Source: Thermotogota bacterium
GTDB lineage: Bacteria > Thermotogota > Thermotogae > Petrotogales > Petrotogaceae
Length of the DNA: 44,333 bases
Reading direction: 5' to 3'
NCBI GenBank assembly: GCA_051748045.1
Contig: JBNJGY010000012.1
Location: 1-44,333 of the forward strand
Positions 29,246 through 38,700 of the stretch are shown piece by piece. A program made the position numbers and the translations under genes. Numbering within the stretch: the stretch's first letter is position 1; every line of letters starts with the position of its first letter. A model generated the notes under the pieces. That model did not search any database and was not told the DNA's origin. It saw only the letters and a program-made list of their open reading frames with translations.

Positions 29246-30355
29246 TTATCTTATTTTAGGTTTTATCATTGATTTTCTTAGATGCACATTTAATTTTTTA
29301 GGTTTTCTCATGTTGATTACTAAAGGACCTCTTTTTACAGAAATCCACCCAAATCCAGGAATAGATAGGTCATATCCTTCTTTTATTGTTATATTTTTAT
29401 TTTCGAATTTTATTTTATCAAAATCAAAATCATCTGTATAAGGTGGAAAAATAACATTTCTATTTTTGATTAAATCATCTATTTTAGATTTGTTTGTGTC
29501 ATGAACTGAAATATTGTTTGATGCAAAAACTGTAAATATAGGTTTCAAATCTTCTTGAGACCTATCTTCAATGGTAAAATAAATCAAGGCGCTTATGAAA
29601 AAAACTCTATCTCTTTCAAGCTTATATGTTTCAACTTCTAATGATTTATTTGGAATCATTTTCACTTGAGTATAAATATCAAAAAATTCATAAAGGCGGT
29701 CATCAGGTTCTATTCCTGGTGTATCAAATATTTCTATATTAGACATTGATAAATTGGTTTTTATAAGGTTTAAAGTTGTACCTGGATAAGAAGATACAGT
29801 AATATCTCCTTCTGTAATCTTATTCAAAACAGAAGACTTACCTGTGTTAGTTACTCCAATAATAAGAGCTTTTTCTTCTTCAGACATGGTAATTAATTTT
29901 CTTATTTTATTAAATCCAAAACCTGTTTTTGCTGAAATCATTCTGATGTTTTCTTTTTTGATTTTTATTTTATTTCTTATCTTTTTAAATAACCATTCTT
30001 TAACTTCCGATAGGGCTGATGTATTTGGTAAAAGATCAATTTTATTTGCTAAAATAATGACATTTTTACCATTTATTTTATCTGCAATTTCATCTCTAAA
30101 TGTACCTTCAAAATCTATAATATCTATTACCCAGATAATTGTATTAAAATTTTTCACCACTTCTTCTAACTGAGGTAAAAAATCAGAATCTAAATTATAT
30201 GGCATTAGTTGATTATAATTTTTTAATTTAAAACATCTCTGACATAATATTTTATCATTATCTATTATTTTTTCATCTAGAACATTTTGAGGAATATATC
30301 CTGGAAGATCTTTATCTATAGATTGTATAGTTACTCCACATCCTTCGCACTTCAT
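29246..30355 (-). CDS. yqeH: Ribosome biogenesis GTPase YqeH
   Basis: CEGCG...CQRCF Zn finger; circularly permuted NKID, GVTNTGKSS, SYPGTT, DTPG. Confidence 0.92.
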   Translation of the reverse strand: MKCEGCGVTIQSIDKDLPGYIPQNVLDEKIIDNDKILCQRCFKLKNYNQLMPYNLDSDFLPQLEEVVKNFNTIIWVIDIIDFEGTFRDEIADKINGKNVIILANKIDLLPNTSALSEVKEWLFKKIRNKIKIKKENIRMISAKTGFGFNKIRKLITMSEEEKALIIGVTNTGKSSVLNKITEGDITVSSYPGTTLNLIKTNLSMSNIEIFDTPGIEPDDRLYEFFDIYTQVKMIPNKSLEVETYKLERDRVFFISALIYFTIEDRSQEDLKPIFTVFASNNISVHDTNKSKIDDLIKNRNVIFPPYTDDFDFDKIKFENKNITIKEGYDLSIPGFGWISVKRGPLVINMRKPKKLNVHLRKSMIKPKIR

Positions 30356-30356
30356 A

Positions 30357-31430
30357 TTATTCATCCCCTCCTTCTTTAAATAGGGTTGGTTTTTTTCTCA
30401 TTATTTTAATACTAAGTTTTTCAAAATTCCTAACAAATTTTGTCCATTTTCCTTCTTTCGTACTCAAAGGCTCAATTTTTATAGTATAAAAACCAGATAT
30501 ATTACCAGCTAAAATATCTGTAAACAATTGATCTCCAATCAAAACACATTCATAAGGATATTTATTCAAACTTTTAATTTTTTTTCTGATTTTGAATGTT
30601 AGAGGTTTCAGCGATAAGGGCTGTATGTTTATATCTAATTCATATAATTCATGTTTAAGATCTTTAAATCGAGACTCTCTACCGTTTGTGGCAATTAATA
30701 TATCAAACCCCTTTTCTTTAAGTGATGTCATTAAGTCTTTGACTTTCTCGGGTATGAAATCTGAGTGCCATGGGACTAATGTATTATCAAAATCGAAAAT
30801 TAAAAGCGTATGATTTGTTTTATAAATATTTTCATAATCAATATCAAAAATCGACTTTTTAAATTCATTTGGTACACCTAAATCCATCAATCTAAAAAAC
30901 CATCCTATCGTATAAAAAAATATGAAATACATAAATCTTGAAAATCCAGCCATAAATCTTTTAGATTTACTTTCTATTTCGTAAATATATGGGTTTATTA
31001 AAATAGTATATAGACCTAGTTTATTACCAGCAAAAATATCAGTTATGAATAAATCTCCAATCATCAAGGTCTCTTCAGGGTTAGTTTCCAATATGTCTAA
31101 AACCCTCGATAATTTTTTAGTAGAAGGCTTTTTCATATTTGAATAAACTTTTACTTTACCTTTTGTTTTTTCTTCTATATGTTTAGCTCTATTTTCCTTT
31201 GCGTTTGTAACAATAGCCACTTGAAAGCCTTGAGCTAAAAGACGCTCGAATAATTCGAGCGTCTTTTCATTTATTTTTTTTTCTTTCCAAACAGTTATTG
31301 TAAAATCATAATCAAAAAGTACGGTTTTAAAACCCCATTTTTTAAGTTTCTTATAATCTATTGAGTAAATATCAGGTTTATGTTCTCTTGGAATGGGGAT
31401 ATATTTATACAATCCCGTTGTGGGGTTCAA
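30357..31430 (-). CDS. yqeG: YqeG-family HAD IIIA phosphatase, two tandem domains
   Basis: DYDFT...IGDLFITDIFAGN and DFDNT...IGDQLFTDILAGN; directly upstream of yqeH. Confidence 0.88.
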   Translation of the reverse strand: MNPTTGLYKYIPIPREHKPDIYSIDYKKLKKWGFKTVLFDYDFTITVWKEKKINEKTLELFERLLAQGFQVAIVTNAKENRAKHIEEKTKGKVKVYSNMKKPSTKKLSRVLDILETNPEETLMIGDLFITDIFAGNKLGLYTILINPYIYEIESKSKRFMAGFSRFMYFIFFYTIGWFFRLMDLGVPNEFKKSIFDIDYENIYKTNHTLLIFDFDNTLVPWHSDFIPEKVKDLMTSLKEKGFDILIATNGRESRFKDLKHELYELDINIQPLSLKPLTFKIRKKIKSLNKYPYECVLIGDQLFTDILAGNISGFYTIKIEPLSTKEGKWTKFVRNFEKLSIKIMRKKPTLFKEGGDE

Positions 31431-31650
31431 TTTTTACTACCTCCATTTTAATGGCTTCTTCTTTTACTGAATTAATTAAACTCAATGCATCATCTAAACT
31501 ATCTTTAGGTGAGATTATTTTTAAGTAGCCATCTTCTTGTCTATTTCTCACACTCATTAGGTGGGCTTCTCCTTCTAAAAGATATGTAATTAAATGTATA
31601 TCATTGGTATCCAAATCTATAAAAATATCATATTCTAAAGCTTCTTTCAT
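31405..31650 (-). CDS. DUF4911-like small protein
   Basis: DIHLITYLLEGEAHLMSVR pattern; AGGAGG SD. Confidence 0.7.
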   Translation of the reverse strand: MKEALEYDIFIDLDTNDIHLITYLLEGEAHLMSVRNRQEDGYLKIISPKDSLDDALSLINSVKEEAIKMEVVKIEPHNGIV

Positions 31651-31745
31651 ATTTTCCTCCTGATTATAAAAAAGTACATGTTCATTATATATTTTTTATT
31701 TTAATTTAATAGTAATAAATATTAAGAAAAATTGACAAAAATTGA

Positions 31746-33029
31746 TTATAATATTTCAGCAGCTAGAGTTGCGAGTTCTGATCTTTCTCCTTTTTTCATA
31801 GTTATGTGTGCAGCCATAGAAGAATTTTTGAACTTTGAAGCTGCATAGACTAATCCATTGGAGGAACTATCCAAATATGGATTATCGATTTGATATGGAT
31901 CACCTGTAAGGACAATTTTTGTATTTTCACCTACTCTTGTCAAAATAGTTTTTACTTCTGCAGGAGTCAAGTTTTGAGCTTCGTCTATTATAATAAATTG
32001 ATCAGGAATAGACCTACCTCTTATATAAGAGAGAACTTCAATTTCTAAAAACTCATTTTTTTCAAGATAATTTTCTGGTTTTTTCCCTTTTCCAGTAAAT
32101 AAAAATTCTAAATTATCATATATTGGTTTCAACCAAGGTCTCATTTTTTCTTCTATACTACCTGGAAGATAACCAATGTCTTTCCCCATTGGTATAACAG
32201 GTTTTGAAATCATTAATTTATCATATTTTTTTAATTCTATTACTTGAGTCAATCCACCAGCTAAAGATACTAATGTTTTACCAGTACCAGCAATACCAAC
32301 AAGAGTTACAAACTTAATATTTTCATTAAAAAGAGCATTAAAAGCAAACAATTGTTCTATGTTTCTAGGGCTTATACTATAAAATTCATTATCATAGCTC
32401 AAATTTATTTTTTCAAATTTTTCATCCTCGTTAAAAATATAATAACTATCTCCATATTTCAAATAAGTATTAGAATTGATTTCTGAATTGCTTAATAAAT
32501 CTTGAACTTCAGATTTTTCTATATATTCTTTTTCATCGAGATTTTCGTTTTTTTCAATTTCGAAATATCCATCAGGTAAAACTTTAATATCGATCTTATC
32601 AGTTAAATAATCTTCAGCTTTAAGTCCTATTGCACTTGCTTTAACTCTAACATTTAAATCTTTACTTACTACAATTGTTTCAATGTCATTATCATTATCG
32701 TTAATGTGTTTAGCATAAAAAAGAATATGATCATCTTTTGATTGTCCAAAATATTTTGGAACATCAATATTTTTGTCTAAAGTTTCAATTTTTAAAGTTC
32801 CTTTGTTTTTTAATTTTATTCCTTCATGAAGGTTTCCATTTTCTCTAAAGTTGTCTAGAAGTCTATTTATATCCCTTGCAGATTTTGCAACTTTGTCGTT
32901 TCTGGTTTTTAGTTTATCTACTTCTTCAATTACAGGAAAAGGTATTATAACATTGTTATCCTGAAAATTAAATATACATTCAGGGTCATGTATTAATACA
33001 TTAGTGTCTAAGATGTAATTTTTTACCAT
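31746..33029 (-). CDS. phoH: PhoH2 (PIN domain + PhoH ATPase)
   Basis: YILDTNVLIHDP (PIN), GIAGTGKT, IGYLPG, YIRGRS, IIDEAQN, GDPYQID. Confidence 0.93.
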   Translation of the reverse strand: MVKNYILDTNVLIHDPECIFNFQDNNVIIPFPVIEEVDKLKTRNDKVAKSARDINRLLDNFRENGNLHEGIKLKNKGTLKIETLDKNIDVPKYFGQSKDDHILFYAKHINDNDNDIETIVVSKDLNVRVKASAIGLKAEDYLTDKIDIKVLPDGYFEIEKNENLDEKEYIEKSEVQDLLSNSEINSNTYLKYGDSYYIFNEDEKFEKINLSYDNEFYSISPRNIEQLFAFNALFNENIKFVTLVGIAGTGKTLVSLAGGLTQVIELKKYDKLMISKPVIPMGKDIGYLPGSIEEKMRPWLKPIYDNLEFLFTGKGKKPENYLEKNEFLEIEVLSYIRGRSIPDQFIIIDEAQNLTPAEVKTILTRVGENTKIVLTGDPYQIDNPYLDSSSNGLVYAASKFKNSSMAAHITMKKGERSELATLAAEIL

Positions 33030-33030
33030 A

Positions 33031-33597
33031 TTATCCCCTCCATTTTTTTAGAAAATCGAACATACTATCCAAAGAATATTTTTTAACTAATTTTAAAAAT
33101 AGTTTAGCAGTTATAATAGCATCATCTTTAGCTCTATGTGGGTTGAATTTCCCTAATTTTAATCTTTTTGAAAGATCTTCTAAATTATAAGGACCTTTGT
33201 TAATTAAAAATCTTGATATTTCTAATGTGTCCAAATAATAGTTATCTATAGAAAAAATTCCAGATTCTTTTGTTGCAATATCTAAAAACTTTAAATCCAT
33301 TTCTATATTATGAGAAATTAATATTGAATCAGAAATGTAATTTTTGAATTTGGGCATAATGTCTGTAAGTAAAGGTGCATTATCTATATCTGAATTATTT
33401 AACTTATGAAAAGAGGAAACTTGTCCAGGAATTTTTATTTCAGGGTTTACAAGAGATTGAAATGTATAATCATACTTGATTTTATTCTCGTAAATTGGTA
33501 TAGCAGCTATTTCTATAATTCTATCTCCTTGATAAGGAGATAGACCAGTTGTTTCAAAATCAAAGGCTACAAATACAGCTTCGTTTAAATTTTTCAT
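33031..33597 (-). CDS. DEDDh 3'-5' exonuclease (DnaQ/epsilon-like)
   Basis: FDFETTG, SHNIEMD, DTL, HRAKDDA. ATG 33597 follows AGGAGGT. Confidence 0.9.
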   Translation of the reverse strand: MKNLNEAVFVAFDFETTGLSPYQGDRIIEIAAIPIYENKIKYDYTFQSLVNPEIKIPGQVSSFHKLNNSDIDNAPLLTDIMPKFKNYISDSILISHNIEMDLKFLDIATKESGIFSIDNYYLDTLEISRFLINKGPYNLEDLSKRLKLGKFNPHRAKDDAIITAKLFLKLVKKYSLDSMFDFLKKWRG

Positions 33598-33777
33598 TAA
33601 TTTACCTCCTATCAAAATTATATCATATACACTTTTGTTAAAATAATTCAATTTCTAATATTATTTCATTTAATTTGTCTTTATTTATAGCACATTCCCC
33701 TTAATTAAATTTTAGAAAAATTATATAATGAGTTATGATTAACATGAAAAAAATTTCATAAGAGTGAGGTGTTTAGT

Positions 33778-34974
33778 ATGAGATATTCTGAAAGAGTCAT
33801 AAACATGCAAGAATCACCGATAAGAAAATTAATTCCATTTGCTGAAGAAGCTAAGAAAAAAGGAAAAAAAGTTTATCATTTGAATATTGGTCAACCAGAT
33901 TTGGAAACACCAAAAGAATTTTTTGAGGGTATAAATAATGCTCCTAAAGTTGTAGCGTATTCTCATTCAGCTGGAATAATTGAACTAAGAAATGCATTTT
34001 CTGAATATTATAAAAAATGGAATATGAATTTAAATACGGATGAAATAATAATAACTACTGGTGGTTCAGAAGCAATTATATTTGCTTTAGCTTCAGTTGC
34101 TGACCCGGATGATGAAATTATTGTTATTGAGCCTTTTTATGCAAACTACAGGGGATTCGCTGAAATGTTAAATTTGAAGTTAGTTCCTGTGCAAGCTTCT
34201 CCTGAAAATGGTTATGCTTTACCTTCTAAGGAAGAATTTAAATCTGTTATTACAGAAAAAACAAAAGCTATTATTTTTTCAAATCCTTCTAACCCAACTG
34301 GGGCAGTATATACAGAAGAAGAAATAAAAAGAATAGATGAGATAGCCGAAGAAAATGATCTTTATGTGATCTCTGATGAAGTATATAAAGAATTTACATT
34401 CGATGGAAGAAAACATATTTCTATAATGAATTTTGAAAATACTGATAGATATGTTGTTGTAGATAGTATTTCTAAAAGATATTCAGCTTGTGGAGCTAGA
34501 ATAGGTGTTTTCGCAACAAAAAATAGAGAACTTTTTGCGCAAGCTATGAAATTTGCTCAATCTAGATTATGTTCCCCTGTTATGGCTCAATACGGTACTG
34601 TCTCTTTATTGAAAGAATTAGATGACTCATATTTTGATAATATGATAGAAGAATATCAAAATAGAAGAGATGCTGTTTATGAAGAATTATCTAAAATAGA
34701 AGGAGTTACATTTAAGAAACCTCAAGGGTCTTTTTATGTTTCGGCAGAAATTCCTGTAGATGATAGTGAATCTTTTATAAAATGGATGCTTACAGAGTTT
34801 GATGTAGAAAATGAAACTGTTATGGTTGCACCATTGAACGGATTTTATGCAACTAAAACAGCAGGTAAAAAAGAAATAAGAATTGCATATGTACTGGAAC
34901 CAGAATCACTTAAAAAAGCATGCAATATACTAAGAAAAGGAATAGAAGAATATAATAAAGTAAAGACTAATTGA
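33778..34974 (+). CDS. PLP-dependent aminotransferase class I/II (AspC-like)
   Basis: LNIGQPD, NPSNPTG, SDEVY, DSISKRYSACGARIG. Confidence 0.92.
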   Translation: MRYSERVINMQESPIRKLIPFAEEAKKKGKKVYHLNIGQPDLETPKEFFEGINNAPKVVAYSHSAGIIELRNAFSEYYKKWNMNLNTDEIIITTGGSEAIIFALASVADPDDEIIVIEPFYANYRGFAEMLNLKLVPVQASPENGYALPSKEEFKSVITEKTKAIIFSNPSNPTGAVYTEEEIKRIDEIAEENDLYVISDEVYKEFTFDGRKHISIMNFENTDRYVVVDSISKRYSACGARIGVFATKNRELFAQAMKFAQSRLCSPVMAQYGTVSLLKELDDSYFDNMIEEYQNRRDAVYEELSKIEGVTFKKPQGSFYVSAEIPVDDSESFIKWMLTEFDVENETVMVAPLNGFYATKTAGKKEIRIAYVLEPESLKKACNILRKGIEEYNKVKTN

Positions 34975-34975
34975 C

Positions 34976-35010
34976 AAAAAAGACGGTTTTTATTAAAAAC
35001 CGTCTTTTTT
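34976..35010. terminator. Bidirectional terminator
   Basis: aaaaaagacggttttta-t-taaaaaccgtctttttt; overlaps the 3' end of the convergent gene. Confidence 0.8.
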
Positions 35011-35388
35011 TATTTTTACTATTATTTTATTTTTGCCATTTTTATAATCATACTTAAACTCATCAGCTAAATTTTTCACTAAATGAAGTCCTAAACCATG
35101 TCCTTCTTTCAAACATTTTTCGACTAAGATATCAGTTTCATCAACATCTATGTAAAAAGAAGGTATTTTTTCTCCATGATTATAAAACTCAATATGAATA
35201 TGATCATCGAATTCTTTTATATAAGCTTTTGATTTGTTAGCATATTTTATCGAATTACTTCCTAGCTCGTCGAGAATTAATTCTAATTTAAAAAAAATAT
35301 CTTCAGGAATACGTTTTAAAGATTTTTTTATAAAATTTATTTCCTCTATTAATTTTTTAGGATGGGTTAATTCAAGTTCATAATTCAT
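34993..35388 (-). CDS. RsbW/SpoIIAB-like ATP-binding protein (HATPase_c_2)
   Basis: ELILDELGSNSIKYA (N box), GHGLGLHLVKNLADEF (G2), GKN. Confidence 0.8.
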   Translation of the reverse strand: MNYELELTHPKKLIEEINFIKKSLKRIPEDIFFKLELILDELGSNSIKYANKSKAYIKEFDDHIHIEFYNHGEKIPSFYIDVDETDILVEKCLKEGHGLGLHLVKNLADEFKYDYKNGKNKIIVKIKKDGF

Positions 35389-36611
35389 AATTTCCCCCTA
35401 AATTTTATCATTTTTTTGAATCCTGTTATTAAAATAAGAATAAAAAAAGCTATTAAAAAAGAATTTAACGTTCTAAGAACCCCTAAATGTATAGGAGTAT
35501 GAAAGTGCAAAAAAGTGTTCAAAATACTAATAGGTAAAAGCGACTTTCCCAAAGCCCATATTATTTTTCCAAAAAAAGTTTCTACTGGTCTAGAAAAATA
35601 AAAAAAATAAGAAATAATTTCTTTTGTTCTTGGTCGAGCAAGTAAATACTGATCTAAAAAGTCCCTAATTTGTCTTTCTAAATCCAGTACATACCCCCAA
35701 TTATTACTTCTTACTAAATAAAGAAATGCTGAAATTAAGCCAATTAGTATAATAATTATATCACTTTTGTATATTTTATCAAATTTATTATTTAATAAAT
35801 ATTTTAAAATTATAATAAAAGGTAATCCAAGTAAAACTAATTTAACCCCTCTTATAATATTTAGCTTAAAAATTAAAAAATAATCAAATCCACTAGAATA
35901 AATCAAAACGCCAAAAAGAATTGAATAAAAAACAATTTTTAAAACATTTTTATTTGAAATTCTAAAGAAAATTATGTAACTGAAAAATAGTGCAGCTAAT
36001 GTGAATGACCAATTATAAAAAAACAGAACAAAAACTAAATAAATTAAAGCCATATAAGGAATAAAGGAAAAAAGATTTAAAGTTATTAGAACATTTGCAC
36101 AATATTTAATATAAAAATCATTAAAAAATCTTTTTATACTCAAAACATTTTCTGATTTCCCTAGATTTTTTTCAATACCTTCTTTAACATCATGTTTTTT
36201 ATAATGATCTGGAATAAAAAAGAATTGTATTTTTCTTTCTTCAAAAGCTCTAATGAATCTTCTAATAACAATATCTTTTGAAAATTTATCTAACTCTTCT
36301 GCTTTTATGTAATGGACATAATGTATTTTTTTTAATAAATTTTTATCTAGGTTATTTTTTAAATCATTAAATAATTTATCGCTAGGTGAGAACTCAGCGA
36401 TATATATAGTGCTATAAGTTTTAATAGTTTTTAGAATATCTTCTTTATCCTCTTCTTCTATTAAAATTTTAGAATTGGATTTTAAAGAATTAGGATTTAA
36501 ATATGCATAATCACTCGTGTTTTTAAAATCATAAAATGAAATAAATGAGATAAAAAAGATAGTAGAAAAGATGTTTACAATTAATAAAATTTTTTTCATT
36601 TTTTTCTTCAT
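35385..36611 (-). CDS. DUF5693-like polytopic membrane protein
   Basis: RAFEERKI, RGVKL, YLVRSNN, ARPRTKE, SILNTFLHFHTP motifs as recalled for DUF5693. Confidence 0.7.
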   Translation of the reverse strand: MKKKMKKILLIVNIFSTIFFISFISFYDFKNTSDYAYLNPNSLKSNSKILIEEEDKEDILKTIKTYSTIYIAEFSPSDKLFNDLKNNLDKNLLKKIHYVHYIKAEELDKFSKDIVIRRFIRAFEERKIQFFFIPDHYKKHDVKEGIEKNLGKSENVLSIKRFFNDFYIKYCANVLITLNLFSFIPYMALIYLVFVLFFYNWSFTLAALFFSYIIFFRISNKNVLKIVFYSILFGVLIYSSGFDYFLIFKLNIIRGVKLVLLGLPFIIILKYLLNNKFDKIYKSDIIIILIGLISAFLYLVRSNNWGYVLDLERQIRDFLDQYLLARPRTKEIISYFFYFSRPVETFFGKIIWALGKSLLPISILNTFLHFHTPIHLGVLRTLNSFLIAFFILILITGFKKMIKFRGKL

Positions 36612-36613
36612 TC

Positions 36614-37510
36614 TTATTTGTTAACCTCTTCCAATCTTTTCAGAACATTTTCAAGGTCTTTGTACAAAGGGGCTTTTATATCATATTCTTTCCCATTTAA
36701 GAAAAAATGAAACCTAAAAGAATGCAAAAAGAACCTTCTAAGACCAATAACCTTTTTCAATATTTTATTAACCTCTTTATCACCATACATATTATCTCCT
36801 ACAACAGGATGCCCTATATCAGAAAATTGTCTTCTTATTTGATGTTTTCTTCCTGTAAGTAATTCTATTTCAACAAAAGATAATTTTATTCCGTTTACAT
36901 CAAAAGTATCGATTTTTCGATAGATTAGTTTAGCTTCTTTTTCATCAATATAACTATTTATAACATCCTTATTTTTAACATTTCCTAATAATAACGCCAG
37001 ATAATATTTTTTTGTTTCTCTACTTCGTATTTTTTCGGAGAGTATTCTTGAAATAGTTTTATTTTTTGCTATAATTAGAGCTCCTGAAGTTAATTTATCT
37101 AATCTATGAACCAAATGAGGTTCATAATCATTATTAGAGTTATATTTAGCGCCTTCAATAATAGTAACCATTTCTTCACCTGTTCCAGGATGCATAGATA
37201 CTTTTGGAGGTTTGTTTATTGCAAAAAAGTCTTCAGTTTCAAAGACCACATCATAATCTAAAGGTCTTGCTTTCATAGTTGGCTTAAGAGGTCTTTTCAT
37301 TTTATTATCTATAAATCCATCATCAATTTCTACTACATCACCCCTATTCAATTTAAAATTATTTTTCTTTGCTTTATCTCCATTAACTTTTATCTTTCCT
37401 TTTCTAATCATCTTAAAAATAGAGCCCAATTTAACTTTTTTCATCTCATTTCTTAAAAACTTATCCAGTCTGTTATAGTAATTATCGTCGTTTACAATTA
37501 TTCTTCTCAT
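36614..37510 (-). CDS. RluA/RluC family pseudouridine synthase
   Basis: S4 domain (RLDKFLR), INKP, VHRLDKLTSG, TGRKHQIR, HPVVGDNMYG. Confidence 0.93.
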   Translation of the reverse strand: MRRIIVNDDNYYNRLDKFLRNEMKKVKLGSIFKMIRKGKIKVNGDKAKKNNFKLNRGDVVEIDDGFIDNKMKRPLKPTMKARPLDYDVVFETEDFFAINKPPKVSMHPGTGEEMVTIIEGAKYNSNNDYEPHLVHRLDKLTSGALIIAKNKTISRILSEKIRSRETKKYYLALLLGNVKNKDVINSYIDEKEAKLIYRKIDTFDVNGIKLSFVEIELLTGRKHQIRRQFSDIGHPVVGDNMYGDKEVNKILKKVIGLRRFFLHSFRFHFFLNGKEYDIKAPLYKDLENVLKRLEEVNK

Positions 37511-37622
37511 AAAAACCTCCATTTACAATTGTATATAGTTGAATATAATGGAAAAAATATTTATAATATATATATAAAATATAAAAAAATATCCATAAAT
37601 ATTATATCATGAGGTGGGATAA

Positions 37623-38309
37623 ATGTATAAAGAAACTATATCTACATTATTGAATTTTGTAGGGAAAGATATATTAATAGAGGAAAATATCAAAAAACTT
37701 AATGATAGTATATTTTCTAAACTAAACAAAAAAGAAGAATTTTTAGAGTTATTAGAATATTTAGAAGAGATAGAAGATTATGAGATAAAAGAAAAATTAT
37801 ATGAAATGCTGAAAGAAAAGATATTTGATAAATTAAATGTTGTTTATTCAGATGATTACTTAAAATATGGAGAGAAAAAATATGAAATATCTCTAGAATT
37901 TGAAGATTTAAAATCAATAATAGACTTTTTAGATTTTGATGAAATAAAAGGAGGGAATATTTTCAAAATATTATCTCCAAAAATTTCAGAAAGATTAGAT
38001 TCAATAAATGAATTATTAAATGATGGTAATTCAAATAGAAATTGGTATGAAAATGAAATTAAAGGAGTAATAAAAAGATTGAAGCCCTTAACAAAAAAAT
38101 TTTTAAAATTACTTCTAGAAAAAGGAAAGTTGGATTCAGATGAAATTTTAGAAGAAATGGAATTAAAAAAATATAGATCAATTTCAGCGTTAGTAAGTGC
38201 TATATCAAGAAATTCTCCTAAAGACAAAGAAAAATTAGTTTATAAAGATGGAGACTATATAAAAATAAATCAAAAATATGTAGATATAATATCAAAATAT
38301 ATAAAATAA
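37623..38309 (+). CDS. Hypothetical protein with probable C-terminal winged helix
   Basis: GAGGTG SD, own terminator; C-terminal LKPLTKKFLKLLLEKGKLDSDEILEEMEL...SISALVSAISR. Confidence 0.75.
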   Translation: MYKETISTLLNFVGKDILIEENIKKLNDSIFSKLNKKEEFLELLEYLEEIEDYEIKEKLYEMLKEKIFDKLNVVYSDDYLKYGEKKYEISLEFEDLKSIIDFLDFDEIKGGNIFKILSPKISERLDSINELLNDGNSNRNWYENEIKGVIKRLKPLTKKFLKLLLEKGKLDSDEILEEMELKKYRSISALVSAISRNSPKDKEKLVYKDGDYIKINQKYVDIISKYIK

Positions 38310-38334
38310 AGACACATTATGTGTCTTTATTTTT
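38303..38334. terminator. Bidirectional terminator (hypothetical gene / tRNA-Val)
   Basis: aaaataaagacaca-tta-tgtgtctttatttt. Confidence 0.85.
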
Positions 38335-38336
38335 AA

Positions 38337-38411
38337 TGGTGGGTGCAGTAGGGATTGAACCTACGACCTCTTCCACGTCAAGGAAGCGCTCTCCCACTGA
38401 GCTATGCACCC
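38337..38411 (-). tRNA. tRNA-Val(GAC)
   Basis: GGGTGCATAGCTCAGTGGGAGAGCG-CTTCC-TTGACGT-GGAAG-AGGTCGTAGGTTCAATCCCTACTGCACCCACCA. Confidence 0.96.
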
Positions 38412-38422
38412 AATTCTAAAAA

Positions 38423-38451
38423 AGTATAACATAACAAAATTATATAGTCAA
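38423..38451 (-). promoter_or_regulatory. Sigma70 promoter of tRNA-Val
   Basis: TTGACT (38451-38446), 17 nt, TATACT (38428-38423), with an extended TG. Confidence 0.8.
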
Positions 38452-38529
38452 TATATCTAATAATGAAAAATTTTTCATAATATAACAAATTAATCACCTG
38501 TCAGTATAAATATTGGCGTCTTAATAGCT

Positions 38530-38636
38530 TTGGATATTATAAAAGTTTGCTATATAATTAAAATAGTTTACAAAAGAGAAATATAAATAGTGTTGCATTT
38601 AACAAACTTGCTTTTTTTGAAATATTATGCTAAAAT
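38530..38636 (+). promoter_or_regulatory. Two candidate tandem promoters for the opp operon
   Basis: TTGGAT-17-TATAAT (38530-38558) and TTGCTT-17-TAAAAT with extended TG (38608-38636). Confidence 0.55.
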
Positions 38637-38700
38637 TGTTTTGAGATTAATTTTTATTTTTCAATGTTAATGGTAATTATCTTATAACAAGGGGGTAAGG

